From the NCBI GenBank assembly GCA_013822885.1, contig PNLC01000001.1, positions 2,528 through 66,527 of the forward strand: a DNA stretch of 64,000 nucleotides, in the 5' to 3' direction. Below the pieces are notes generated by a model. It was not told where the DNA came from and searched no databases. It worked only from the letters and a program-made list of their open reading frames with translations. Positions within the stretch are counted from its first letter, which is position 1. The number at the start of each line of letters is the position of its first letter. This document shows, piece after piece, positions 28,471-38,347 of this stretch. This DNA is from Bradyrhizobium sp. (GTDB taxonomy: Bacteria; Pseudomonadota; Alphaproteobacteria; Rhizobiales; Xanthobacteraceae). Both the position numbers and the translations under genes were made by a program.

Positions 28471-30252
28471 CTAGACCGAGCTCGCCAATGGCGGCCGGCT
28501 CTCCGAATGAATCGCGGGCAATGCCAGCCCAAGAAGATCCTCCGGGATTGCCGTCTCCTCGGGAAGGCGTCCGACGCCGATGCGCGCTGCAAGGCTGCCA
28601 AGCGCGGGCCAGGCCGTCACCACCGCAAACGGAACGGCCAATGCGGGGCCGCCGGCAAGCAGGAGGATATACGGCAGCGCCCACGGCTGGATCAGCGCCA
28701 CGAGGCCAAGCGCGACACATCCCACGAGGGTCTGGGGCCAAAGATCGCGCAGCGCGAGTTTCACAGGCACCGCGTGATCGTCGCGGATCTGTCCCATCCA
28801 GCTGATTTCGCGATTGAGCAGCAGGCCAAAGAGAAAGATCGTGTGGCCGATCCAGATGATCGGGCACAGGACGATGGAGTATACAGTCTCGATCAGAAAG
28901 TTGACGGTAAAGCGTCCGGCCCCGCCGAATGCGCGGCGTTCCTCCGGCGCCAGCAGCACGTCGAGCGCACCCGCAATCTTGGGCGAGAACCACATCACGA
29001 GCACCCACGCCAGCAAAACGCTCCCGACATCGGAACGCATGATGGTCGCGGGATCGTCCGTCAGCACGAGCGCGGCGGTCGCCAGCACGAGCAGGCCGAT
29101 CCATGCCGGCGAGCCGATAAACATCAGGATCGCAAGCACCAGCTGATACCGGCTGACCGGCGTGAGATTCGGCAACAGAAGAAGCCGCCAGTATTGCATG
29201 TTGCCGTGGCACCAGCGCAGGTCGCGGCGCATGAACTCGAGCAGCGTCGGCGGATTTGCCTCCCAGCCCAGATCTTCCCGCGGTATCACGCGCACGTGGT
29301 AGCCGGCCGCTCGCATCAGGGCCGCTTCGATCTGGTCGTGGCTGAGGATATGCCGTTCATCCTCCCCGTTTCCGGACAACATCGGAAGCTGGCAATGCCT
29401 GATGAACGGTTCGAGCCGCAGGATGGCGTTGTGCCCCCAATAGGGGCCGCAATCGGACTGCCACCACGCGCTCCCGATCGTGTAGGAACGCATGCCGAGC
29501 CGCATGCCGAACTGAAAGATGCGGGCGAACAGGCTCGTTGACGGCAATCCGACGATGAGGCCCTGTAGGATGCCGAGCCTGGGATCCACCTGCATGATGC
29601 GAACAAGGCGGATGACGGCATCTGCCGGCATGAAGCTGTCGGCATCAAGCGTAACCGCAAACTCGTGGCGGCTCCCCCAGCTCTCGCAGAACTCGCGGAT
29701 ATTGCCGGCCTTGAAACCGGTATTTTCCGTCCGCCTTCGGTAGGTGATTGCAATCCGATTGCGCCAGCGTGCAATCAATTCGGAAAACTGCGCCTCTTCC
29801 ACGGCCGCAAAATCAGAATCGTTGGTATCGCTCAGAAGGTAGAGATGGAAGCGCTCGGCATATCCGGAAGCGTCGATACCATCGAGCATCGGCTCGAGGT
29901 TTCGAATGATGCGGGCCGGTTGTTCGTTGCGAACGCACAGAAGAATGGCAGTCGATGCCGTCACCGGTTCGTTGCCCTGGATCAGTCCGGCCGCCGGTAT
30001 CACTGCAGCCACAGGGTCGGGAGAGAAGCGCATGATGACGAAACCGATCACGGCATTGCAAAATCCCGCCACCATCCACGGCAAGGTGGCCGCGAACAGG
30101 AGAAGCGCCACCAGATCGAGGATTCCATATCCGCCCGGCGACAACGCCAGCGCGGCAAGCGCCAGCGATCCCGCCATGGTGACCGAAAACAGGGTTGCGA
30201 AGATCGCACGTCTGGCGAACATGCTCTTCTCGGCGCTGTGGACTTGTATCAT
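28471..30252 (-). CDS. mdoH: Glucan biosynthesis glucosyltransferase OpgH/MdoH (GT2), short form
   Basis: KAGNI, LDADS, YWGHNAI, LSHDQIE, RDLRWCHGNMQY; TM helices at both ends. Confidence 0.9.
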   Translation of the reverse strand: MIQVHSAEKSMFARRAIFATLFSVTMAGSLALAALALSPGGYGILDLVALLLFAATLPWMVAGFCNAVIGFVIMRFSPDPVAAVIPAAGLIQGNEPVTASTAILLCVRNEQPARIIRNLEPMLDGIDASGYAERFHLYLLSDTNDSDFAAVEEAQFSELIARWRNRIAITYRRRTENTGFKAGNIREFCESWGSRHEFAVTLDADSFMPADAVIRLVRIMQVDPRLGILQGLIVGLPSTSLFARIFQFGMRLGMRSYTIGSAWWQSDCGPYWGHNAILRLEPFIRHCQLPMLSGNGEDERHILSHDQIEAALMRAAGYHVRVIPREDLGWEANPPTLLEFMRRDLRWCHGNMQYWRLLLLPNLTPVSRYQLVLAILMFIGSPAWIGLLVLATAALVLTDDPATIMRSDVGSVLLAWVLVMWFSPKIAGALDVLLAPEERRAFGGAGRFTVNFLIETVYSIVLCPIIWIGHTIFLFGLLLNREISWMGQIRDDHAVPVKLALRDLWPQTLVGCVALGLVALIQPWALPYILLLAGGPALAVPFAVVTAWPALGSLAARIGVGRLPEETAIPEDLLGLALPAIHSESRPPLASSV

Positions 30253-30370
30253 TGCGGGTGGGTGTACTCGGGGGAAACAGGTTACGGCTTCTCATTCGCC
30301 GGCGGGCAGTGCAGACTACCGCTTATAACACGTGATGCGGCCTTGAATTCCAGTCCGAGATCCAAGAAAA

Positions 30371-31357
30371 ATGGCTATTAGTTCGAGTGCCGATACTGCC
30401 TCGGCCCTGTGGTATCGCGGACCCGGGCAGGTCGAGATTCGCCGGGAACAGATCGCTCGGCCCGGGCAAGGCGAAGTACGCGTGAAAACCCTCTATAGCG
30501 CGATCAGTCGGGGGACTGAATCGCTGGTATTCGGCGGACGCGTACCCGCGAGCGAATTCGAGAGGATGCGCGCGCCGTTCATGGAGGGAGATTTCCCCTT
30601 CCCCGTCAAATATGGCTACGCCGCGGTCGGACGGGTCGAGAGCGGCGGAGGCCCCTTGCAGGACAGGAACGTCTTTGCGCTGTTCCCGCATCAGACCGCT
30701 TTCAACATCCCCGCGAGCGCTGCGGTCGCCCTTCCACAGGACTTACCACCACAGCGCGCGGTGCTGGCGGCCAATATGGAGACCGCGCTCAACGGCGTAT
30801 GGGACGCGGCACCTGGGCCAGCGGACCGCATCGCCGTGATAGGGGCCGGCGTGGTCGGTTCTCTGGTCGCGTATCTGTGCGGGCGGATTCCCGGTACCGA
30901 GGTTACGCTGGTCGATATCAATCCGGACCGGGCGAAATTGGCCGATACGCTCGGGGTTGGATTCGCCGAGCCCGGGCAGGCAAGAGGTGACTGCGACATC
31001 GTCGTTCACGCCAGCGGCTCGCCCGATGGGTTACGAACGGCGCTCGAACTAGGCGGCGATGAGGCAACTGTGCTCGAGATGAGTTGGTATGGTGACGCGG
31101 CGGTGACCGCGATGCTCGGCGGCGCCTTCCACAGCCGCAGGCTTCGGCTGGTATCGAGCCAGGTCGGGCGCGTCGCTCCATCGCACCGTCCGCGCTGGAC
31201 ATACGCCCGCCGTCTCGCCGCCGCCGTCGCACTTCTCAATGATCCGCGGCTCGACGCATTGCTGGCGCCCGCGGTTGCGTTCGGCGAGCTGCCGGATCGA
31301 CTGCCGAAAATTCTTGCCGCAGGAAGCGGGATACTGTGCCAACCGATCGTCTACTAG
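30371..31357 (+). CDS. MDR-superfamily oxidoreductase, probably Zn-independent
   Basis: GroES domain with SAISRGTE and KYGY in place of the Cys/GHE Zn ligands; Rossmann GAGVVG. Confidence 0.82.
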   Translation: MAISSSADTASALWYRGPGQVEIRREQIARPGQGEVRVKTLYSAISRGTESLVFGGRVPASEFERMRAPFMEGDFPFPVKYGYAAVGRVESGGGPLQDRNVFALFPHQTAFNIPASAAVALPQDLPPQRAVLAANMETALNGVWDAAPGPADRIAVIGAGVVGSLVAYLCGRIPGTEVTLVDINPDRAKLADTLGVGFAEPGQARGDCDIVVHASGSPDGLRTALELGGDEATVLEMSWYGDAAVTAMLGGAFHSRRLRLVSSQVGRVAPSHRPRWTYARRLAAAVALLNDPRLDALLAPAVAFGELPDRLPKILAAGSGILCQPIVY

Positions 31358-31372
31358 TTAAGGAGCTGCCCT

Positions 31373-31774
31373 TTGTTTACCGTCGAAGTTCGCGACCACA
31401 TCATGATCGCCCATTCTTTCCAGGGCGCCGTTTTCGGGCCCGCGCAAGCGCTGCACGGGGCGACCTTCGTGGTCGATGCAGCCTTCATCGCCGACGCCCT
31501 CGATAACAACGGAATTGTCATCGACATCGGCCGCGCGCACGATGCGCTCAAGGCGGTGCTGACACCGCTCAATTACCGCAATCTCGACGAGTTGCCCGAG
31601 TTCAAGGGCATCAACACCACGACGGAATTCCTGTCCAAGCATATTTTCGACGGGCTGGCGAAGCCGGCCCGCGCCGGCGAACTCGGCCGTCCCGGCCGGG
31701 AGCTGAAGGCGCTGCGCATCACGATTTCGGAGTCACACGTCGCCCGCGCGCAATACGAGGCGCCCTTGTGGTGA
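31373..31774 (+). CDS. 6-pyruvoyl-tetrahydropterin synthase/QueD-family T-fold protein, PTPS-IV type
   Basis: TTG start after AAGGAG; MIAHS…FGPAQALHGAT, YRNLD, TTE, ESH; lacks the QueD CxxxHGH motif. Confidence 0.85.
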   Translation: MFTVEVRDHIMIAHSFQGAVFGPAQALHGATFVVDAAFIADALDNNGIVIDIGRAHDALKAVLTPLNYRNLDELPEFKGINTTTEFLSKHIFDGLAKPARAGELGRPGRELKALRITISESHVARAQYEAPLW

Positions 31775-32820
31775 AGCACGCCGTCTTCGCCGTGCCGGGC
31801 AGCCTCGATACACCGACCGGCGGCTACGTCTACGATCGACGCATCATTGCTGAACTCCGGGAATTGGGCTGGGATGTCGACGTTCTGAATATCGGCGAGG
31901 GATTTCCATGGCCGAATGAAGCGACCAGGTCGGCCGCGCGCTCCGCTCTGCTTGATGCGCCGGAGGGCCGGCCGGTCGTGCTGGACGGCCTGGCACTGGG
32001 AGTCCTGCCCGAAGTGGCGGCCGAGCTCGCGCGCAGGAACCCGCTGCTTGCGCTGGTGCATCACCCCCTTGCCCTGGAATGGGGATTATCTGCCAGCCAA
32101 GCCGACGTACTGCGCCGCAGCGAGCGGGCCGCCCTAGCTGCCGTGCGGGAAGTCATTGTCACAAGCCCAGCCACGGCAAGGCTTGTCGCTGCCGACTATG
32201 CCGTACCGATCGGACGCATCACGGTGGCAAGGCCCGGCAGCGATCCTGCGCCGCGCTCCAGGGGAAGCGAGAGTGAAATTCCTCATCTGCTGTCCGTCGG
32301 CTCCGTCGTGCCCCGCAAAGGATTCGACGTGCTTGTGGCTGCACTCGCGACACTTGACGGTCTCCCGTGGCGGCTGACGATCGCGGGCGACCTCACGCGC
32401 GATCCGAATGAGGCGGCAAAACTTCGGGCCAGCATATCCCAACACCGGCTTGCCGACCGCATCGAAGTGCCTGGTGCCGTATCGCCGGAGCGGCTGGCCG
32501 CGCTCTACAATGACGCGGACCTGTTCGTTCTCGCCTCCCGTTTCGAAGGATACGGAATGGCCTATACCGAAGCATTGTCGCACGGCCTTCCGGTGATCGG
32601 AACGACGGCAGGAGCAATTCCGGACACTGTTCCACATGGCGCCGGCTTGCTGGTGACCGCCGGCGACGTGAACTCATTGGCAGCTGCGCTGCGCGACGTC
32701 ATCACCAATGCCGACCTGCGCCGTCGCCTGTCCGACGCGGCAGCAGAGGCGGCACGGACGCTGCCCACCTGGCGGCAATCCGGCGCGATCTTCGCCGCGA
32801 CACTGGAGAAGCTCGCATGA
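31768..32820 (+). CDS. GT4 (GT-B) glycosyltransferase
   Basis: TGGYVYD, RKGFD, SRFEGYGMAYTEALSHGLPV. Confidence 0.92.
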   Translation: MVKHAVFAVPGSLDTPTGGYVYDRRIIAELRELGWDVDVLNIGEGFPWPNEATRSAARSALLDAPEGRPVVLDGLALGVLPEVAAELARRNPLLALVHHPLALEWGLSASQADVLRRSERAALAAVREVIVTSPATARLVAADYAVPIGRITVARPGSDPAPRSRGSESEIPHLLSVGSVVPRKGFDVLVAALATLDGLPWRLTIAGDLTRDPNEAAKLRASISQHRLADRIEVPGAVSPERLAALYNDADLFVLASRFEGYGMAYTEALSHGLPVIGTTAGAIPDTVPHGAGLLVTAGDVNSLAAALRDVITNADLRRRLSDAAAEAARTLPTWRQSGAIFAATLEKLA

Positions 32821-33626
32821 GTGGCTTCTCGGTGGAATGGCTGGCGTTGCGGGAAAGCTATGACCTGCGCGCGCGCAATCCGATTGTGCTCGATGCAGTG
32901 GCCGCCGCGTTCGGTTCGCGCGACGCACTGCGCATCGTCGATCTCGCCTGCGGTGCGGGCTCCACTGTCCGTGCACTCGGGCCCCATTTGCCGGCACGGC
33001 AGCACTGGGACCTCGTGGACAACGACCCTCGCCTGCTGGCGGTGGCGTGCAGCCAAACTTTCAATGACGACGTAACGCTGAATGCCGTTCCGCTCGATCT
33101 CAGCAGCAATTTCGCGGCGGCGCTCAACGGCGCTAAAGACCTGATCACGATCTCGGCCCTGCTCGATCTCGTCTCCGAAGCCTGGCTGGATCGCTTTACC
33201 CGTCATGTCGTCGCGCACGGATTGTGCGTCTACGCCGCGCTGACCTATGATGGCCGCATTGCGCTATCCCCGGCCGATCCGCTGGATGCGGCTATCACGT
33301 CGGCCGTGAATGCGCATCAGCGTACCGACAAGGGCTTCGGCCCGGCGCTTGGCCCGGCGGCTGCCGCTGCGGCCATCTCCAGATTCAAGGCGCTTGGATA
33401 TTCGATCGTGCACGGCCAATCCGATTGGACGATCGGAACCGCCGACGAGGAGATCCAGCACGAGTTGCTTGACGGTTGGGTTAGCGCTGCCAGCGAGGTC
33501 AAATCGCTGCCGCGCCCTGACATCGACAATTGGCTGGCGCGGCGAAGAAGCGCGGTAGAGGCACGCGTTTCAACAATGCGGGTGGGTCACGTCGACTTCT
33601 TTGCCACGCCGAGCGTCATGCGCTGA
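32817..33626 (+). CDS. Class I SAM-dependent methyltransferase-like protein
   Basis: WLALRE, VDLACGAGS, LVDND, SALLDL; ATGA overlap with GT4. Confidence 0.82.
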   Translation: MSGFSVEWLALRESYDLRARNPIVLDAVAAAFGSRDALRIVDLACGAGSTVRALGPHLPARQHWDLVDNDPRLLAVACSQTFNDDVTLNAVPLDLSSNFAAALNGAKDLITISALLDLVSEAWLDRFTRHVVAHGLCVYAALTYDGRIALSPADPLDAAITSAVNAHQRTDKGFGPALGPAAAAAAISRFKALGYSIVHGQSDWTIGTADEEIQHELLDGWVSAASEVKSLPRPDIDNWLARRRSAVEARVSTMRVGHVDFFATPSVMR

Positions 33627-34414
33627 GCCGACAGGTCACAATCGAACAGCACATCGTCTTCGATCTTGTGCAGCCGCACCGGCATGCGCTGGGCCTGGTC
33701 GGCGCGATCGAGCGGCGGCAAATCGATGCCGGGACCTCCGCCGCCCAACATCACCGGCGCGACGGTCACATGCAGGCGATCGAGACACCGGGCTGCGATG
33801 AACCGTGACACGGTATCGGCGCCGCCCTCGATCAGCATGCGTCGCATCCCCGCTCGCTTCAGCGCGACCGCGATAGCACACGGGGAGATGCTTCCGTCCT
33901 GCGCAGGCAGGGTGATGACCTCAACGCCGGGGGGCGGCGCGGCAAGTGAGCCTTCTGCCGTGATCAGCAGACGGCGAACACCATCTTCGGCAAATAGTTT
34001 GGCGTTGGCACCAAGGCGCCCCTTCGGATCGATGACGGCGCGCGCGGGCTGAGGTCCGGCGACATGTCTGACGGTCAATTGCGGGTCATCGGCCATCGCC
34101 GTTCCAACGCCGACCACGACAATGTCGACCAGCGCGCGCAGCCGGTGCAGATGCTCGATACCGGCCGGACAGTTGATGTACTTGGAATGACCGGTCGCCG
34201 TCGCGACCCGACCGTCGAGCGACTGCCCGACCTGTCCCACGATCACCAGATCGTCCACCATCCCGTTCCGCAACGGCCCGAACAGTTCGGCCCAGGCTTG
34301 CGGCAGGTGTTGCTGTCCCGTACGAAACATCTCGACAAAGCCCTCCCACGTATCGGGAGAGGCAAATTTGCGGGTGGGGAAACTGCTGAGCTGCACGGTA
34401 AATTCGGTTCTCAC
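33587..34414 (-). CDS. Stand-alone RibD C-terminal (pyrimidine reductase) domain protein
   Basis: GQSLDGRVAT..GHSKYI, HRLRA, DDPQLTVR, IEGG; no deaminase domain; start uncertain. Confidence 0.88.
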   Translation of the reverse strand: MRTEFTVQLSSFPTRKFASPDTWEGFVEMFRTGQQHLPQAWAELFGPLRNGMVDDLVIVGQVGQSLDGRVATATGHSKYINCPAGIEHLHRLRALVDIVVVGVGTAMADDPQLTVRHVAGPQPARAVIDPKGRLGANAKLFAEDGVRRLLITAEGSLAAPPPGVEVITLPAQDGSISPCAIAVALKRAGMRRMLIEGGADTVSRFIAARCLDRLHVTVAPVMLGGGGPGIDLPPLDRADQAQRMPVRLHKIEDDVLFDCDLSAQRMTLGVAKKST

Positions 34415-34528
34415 GAGTTACAAACGCTACTATCGGCCACTAGATCCCAAAAATCCATCTGATTTCTGCCGGAATGATCTCGGACTTTCGGTGTTCTACG
34501 AACGCGACCAGCAAAAGAGGTATCGCGA

Positions 34529-35665
34529 ATGAGCGCCGCGCCTTCGTCCGCAAACTCCGCCTTGCTCGGCAGCAGGGAATATCTCAGTGTCAGCCACGCC
34601 GTGGACGAACTGCAAGCGCGAAGACCTGTTCGCGTTTACGCCCATGGCGAGCTGTTGCTGGCCTTGCCGGTGGAGGGCCTCGACGACCAACGGCTACACG
34701 AATTTGCGATGCTGTGCACGCCAAATGCACCGCAACTGGTCGTCACCCAGCAGCGTGCCCGCGCGATAGGTATCGAGGCGTCGACGCCAATGGCGTTGAC
34801 CCTGTCCAAAGAGGCCAGCGCTCGTGCGATCTTCGCCCTCGCGGCCGCCGCAGAGAGCGAGCGACGTCTTGTACTACAGTCTGCGGTTGCGACCCGTTCC
34901 GGCATGGCGGCAAGCCGGCTCGCCAAGCTTAGCGGCGGCCTGCCGGCAGTCATTGCGGCAAACCTGACGAACACAGACAGCGACCTGGTACATTCGATGG
35001 TCGCCGTCGAAGCGGACGCGGTGGATCGGTTGACGGCAGACGCGGCAACAACATTGACCATCGCAAGCGAGGCCTCAATTCCGCTGGCATCGGGCACCGT
35101 GGCGCGCTTTGTCGTGTTTCGCGACGCGCGCGGCGTCGATCAGGTGGCCATCATCGTTGGTGACCCGGATTTTGGAAAGCCGGTTCCAGTCCGGCTTCAT
35201 TCGGCATGCCTGACCGGCGATGTCTTCGGCTCGCGGCGCTGCGACTGCGGCGATCAGCTCCGACTTGCGCTCTCGCTCATCGAAAGCCTCGGCGGCGGCG
35301 TGATTCTGTACCTTGCGCAGGAAGGCCGCGGCATCGGCCTTGCGAACAAGATGCGGGCTTACCGGTTGCAGGACGGTGGGCTCGATACACGGGACGCCAA
35401 CACCACGCTGGGCTTCGAGGACGATGAGCGCAACTACGGAGTTGCGGCAATGATGCTGCGGACCCTGCATTGTTCGCGGATCGCGCTGCTTACCAACAAT
35501 CCGGCCAAACTCGATGGTCTCGCAAAGGCCGGCATCGAGATTACCGCCCGCGTTCCGCTCGAAGCCCCAATCAATTCCGACAACAGGCGCTATCTGACGT
35601 CAAAAGCAGTACGCTCCGGACACAAATTGGTTACTCTTGAGGCTTCTGCCAGCGAGAGCCCCTGA
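34529..35665 (+). CDS. ribA: GTP cyclohydrolase II with degenerate N-terminal RibB-like domain
   Basis: VRLHSACLTGDVFGSRRCDCG (Zn ligands), QEGRGIGLANKMRAY, LLTNNPAK. Confidence 0.92.
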   Translation: MSAAPSSANSALLGSREYLSVSHAVDELQARRPVRVYAHGELLLALPVEGLDDQRLHEFAMLCTPNAPQLVVTQQRARAIGIEASTPMALTLSKEASARAIFALAAAAESERRLVLQSAVATRSGMAASRLAKLSGGLPAVIAANLTNTDSDLVHSMVAVEADAVDRLTADAATTLTIASEASIPLASGTVARFVVFRDARGVDQVAIIVGDPDFGKPVPVRLHSACLTGDVFGSRRCDCGDQLRLALSLIESLGGGVILYLAQEGRGIGLANKMRAYRLQDGGLDTRDANTTLGFEDDERNYGVAAMMLRTLHCSRIALLTNNPAKLDGLAKAGIEITARVPLEAPINSDNRRYLTSKAVRSGHKLVTLEASASESP

Positions 35666-35706
35666 TTTTGCAATGCGCTTATTCGCCTTGAGCCGTATCG
35701 CGTCTT

Positions 35707-37167
35707 GTGCGGACAGTCGTTGACATGTCCGGCCGGGCACCGCGCCTAGATAGCCGCTGGTTTCGGTTTATGATCGTTGGGGCAGGCTTGTGCTGGTCGA
35801 TCACATTCCCCGTCATCGCGCTATTCTACCAGCTCGAACTCTACGGCGACGGCGCGATGTTCTCGTACGCCGTAGCGGTTCGCGATGTCTGGGCCTTCCA
35901 CTGGCATAACATCTCCGGCCGAACATCCGTCTTCCTGTTGACCCTCCTGCCGGCCGAGACGCTTGTTGGAATCACGGGCAATCCCTGGGCCGGAATCATC
36001 CTCTACGGGCTGCTCTTCTATATTTCTCCGCTGGCGGGACTGGCCGTGACCTACGCGGCCGACCGCTCATCCGGCCGCCTCATCTTTGTCTATGCGTGCG
36101 GCTCGACGGCGCTGCTGTGCCCGCTGATCTTCGGCTTTCCAACGGAGATGTGGCTCGCCCACGCGATATTCTGGCCGGCGTTGGCACTGGGCCACTATGC
36201 GAAACCGGCAGGTGCGGGAGCCATGCTGTTGTTTATCGCGTGGCTCCTGCTGGCGTTCACGCATGAAGGCGCTCTGGTGTTACTCGTGGTTATCGTTGCC
36301 ACGCTGGCGCCGCGTGGCTTACGGAGCATGGCCTTCGTGCGCGCCGCGATCAGCCTGATCATCATCATGCTGTTGGCCGCCGCCATGAAGATTGTCGCTC
36401 CGCCCGATGAATATTATGCAGACGCATTTCTTCGAGCGGCACGGCACTTCTTCGATCCCGGAATCTTCAAGGTGAATATCGTCCTGGTATTGCTGGCGAC
36501 GGTCGCAGCCTACGGCGCAATCCTGACGCTGTTGTCAGCATGGCTGCCGAGATCGGCGTGCATCTGCGCTCTGGGACTGTGGTCAGGGATGCTGGCAGTA
36601 TACTGGCTGCATTTCGATCATTCCGTCCATGCCAGTAGCCGTTACTATTTGCGAACCGCGCTGGTCGTCGTCACGCCGCTCCTCGGCACGCTGGCGGCCC
36701 TGGCCGCCATGACCAGGGAAGGTATCATTCTCAATCGGGCGGCGATGCTGCAGCATGCCCTGGTCTCCCCCTCCTGGAGGATGCGGTGCGCCGTCGCCTC
36801 GCTATTTGTTGCGGTGACCATGATACATGGAATCGAAACCGCAAAATTCATCGCGTCCTGGAACAGTTACCGCAACGCAATTGCGGGATTGGCAATGAGT
36901 ACCGACTCCGATCCTGCGCTCGGCGATACCCGCTTCGTCTCGGCTGGGCGGATTTCGCCTGCGCTCTCGCCCCTGTCGTGGTTCTCGACCATTCCTTATC
37001 TGTCAGTCATTCTCTCGAACTTCTCACCCAATCGGCTGGTGATCGATCCCACCGGAAATTACTTCTGGCTATCCTGTGAAACGGCGACCAGGAACAGGGA
37101 TGCAGAACTCACTGTTCCCATGCAGACCCGGGAACTGGTTAGGAAGTATTCATGCCTGCATCGATAG
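35707..37167 (+). CDS. Polytopic membrane protein of unknown function
   Basis: 10-12 hydrophobic segments, YGDG in first loop, FTHE motif; start may be 35725. Confidence 0.7.
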   Translation: MRTVVDMSGRAPRLDSRWFRFMIVGAGLCWSITFPVIALFYQLELYGDGAMFSYAVAVRDVWAFHWHNISGRTSVFLLTLLPAETLVGITGNPWAGIILYGLLFYISPLAGLAVTYAADRSSGRLIFVYACGSTALLCPLIFGFPTEMWLAHAIFWPALALGHYAKPAGAGAMLLFIAWLLLAFTHEGALVLLVVIVATLAPRGLRSMAFVRAAISLIIIMLLAAAMKIVAPPDEYYADAFLRAARHFFDPGIFKVNIVLVLLATVAAYGAILTLLSAWLPRSACICALGLWSGMLAVYWLHFDHSVHASSRYYLRTALVVVTPLLGTLAALAAMTREGIILNRAAMLQHALVSPSWRMRCAVASLFVAVTMIHGIETAKFIASWNSYRNAIAGLAMSTDSDPALGDTRFVSAGRISPALSPLSWFSTIPYLSVILSNFSPNRLVIDPTGNYFWLSCETATRNRDAELTVPMQTRELVRKYSCLHR

Positions 37168-37178
37168 ACGACATCCCA

Positions 37179-37868
37179 ATGACAGCGGGCATCTTTGAGA
37201 GAAAGCCTTTGAAGCTGATCATATTCGATTTCGACGGCACATTGGTCGACAGCCGCTCGCTCATTCTGGAGAGCCATCGAATCGTGTTCTCCGAATTCCA
37301 GCTGCCTGCCCCGTCATCCGCCGACAGTCTTGCATTGGTCGGAAAGTCGCTTGACGTGATCTTGACCCAGCTCGCGGGCCCATCCGCCCCCATTCTCGAG
37401 ATGGTCCGGGCCTATGATCTCCTGCTGCCGCAACTGAGGGCGGATTCCGCATTCGCCGAAAAGCCATTCGACGGGGTTGGCGACCTGCTGGCCGAGTTGA
37501 GCTCTGCTTCCGACACCGTTCTGGGCCTCGCCACTGGACACAGGACTGACACGATCGCTCCCGCACTGGCAGAGCTTCGGTGGACGGACTTCTTCAAGAC
37601 CATCCAAGCGGCGGACACGGCGCCCTCCAAGCCGCATCCCGCGATGCTGCTTCAGGCGCTTGCGGCGACTGGAGTGATACCTGAGCATGCGATGTTCATT
37701 GGCGACACCACCTTCGACATGGAGATGGCTCAGGCAGCAGGGCTGCGGTCAATCGGCGTCGGCTGGGGATATCATCAGACAGAGCGATTGGCGGCGACCG
37801 GCGCACATCGCATCGTTCAATCCGTTGACCAGCTGAGAGACTGTATTCGAACTGCCCTGAGCGAGTGA
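37179..37868 (+). CDS. HAD-superfamily phosphatase (phosphoglycolate phosphatase-like)
   Basis: FDFDGTLVDS, SKPHP, IGDTTFD. Confidence 0.9.
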   Translation: MTAGIFERKPLKLIIFDFDGTLVDSRSLILESHRIVFSEFQLPAPSSADSLALVGKSLDVILTQLAGPSAPILEMVRAYDLLLPQLRADSAFAEKPFDGVGDLLAELSSASDTVLGLATGHRTDTIAPALAELRWTDFFKTIQAADTAPSKPHPAMLLQALAATGVIPEHAMFIGDTTFDMEMAQAAGLRSIGVGWGYHQTERLAATGAHRIVQSVDQLRDCIRTALSE

Positions 37869-37914
37869 CCCGGCCGGCTCACTTCAAGTTTCGCTGTAGC
37901 TGTGCAGTGTCACA

Positions 37915-38133
37915 TCATTTCCGGTGTAGTCGGTGTCTCCAGATCGGAATCACATCGTCAGGCGGGGTCTCTTGATCCGAAGTAACCCACTCGATCAAGC
38001 GTCGTGCGACTTCGTCCTGTTGGGCCTGACGCAGTAGCTCATCCCGCTCGTCGCCATCGGGAAGCCGTTCAGCCCTGGCTCGAAGCTCCCTGATTTGATC
38101 GCGCAGGCGATCGAGGTGAGACATATTCTTCAT
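37915..38133 (-). CDS. Small hypothetical helical protein (72 aa)
   Basis: LDRLRDQIRELRARAERLPDGDERDELLRQAQQ…EW pattern, resembling small Bradyrhizobium proteins from memory. Confidence 0.55.
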   Translation of the reverse strand: MKNMSHLDRLRDQIRELRARAERLPDGDERDELLRQAQQDEVARRLIEWVTSDQETPPDDVIPIWRHRLHRK

Positions 38134-38347
38134 GATAGAAAACTTCCGGTTGGCAGCTACCTCCAGGGTACGCGCGGCTCGCCGGATGGTTTCAGCCGCT
38201 CGCGCCGAGTTGCGGCGGTTCGGCGCAAGCGCCGTTGGCAATCGGCGGCCGCTGCATTCATCGATTGGAATCGACATGTTTTCCTGCCGGCGAAACCGGC
38301 ATATGGTCACGACCACAAAAATGATAACGACCTTGGGGAGGCGACGA

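Noticed and set aside
30371-35665. Canonical riboflavin or queuosine operon
   Set aside because: No ribE/ribH, no RibD deaminase domain, no queC/E/F, and the PTPS lacks CxxxHGH
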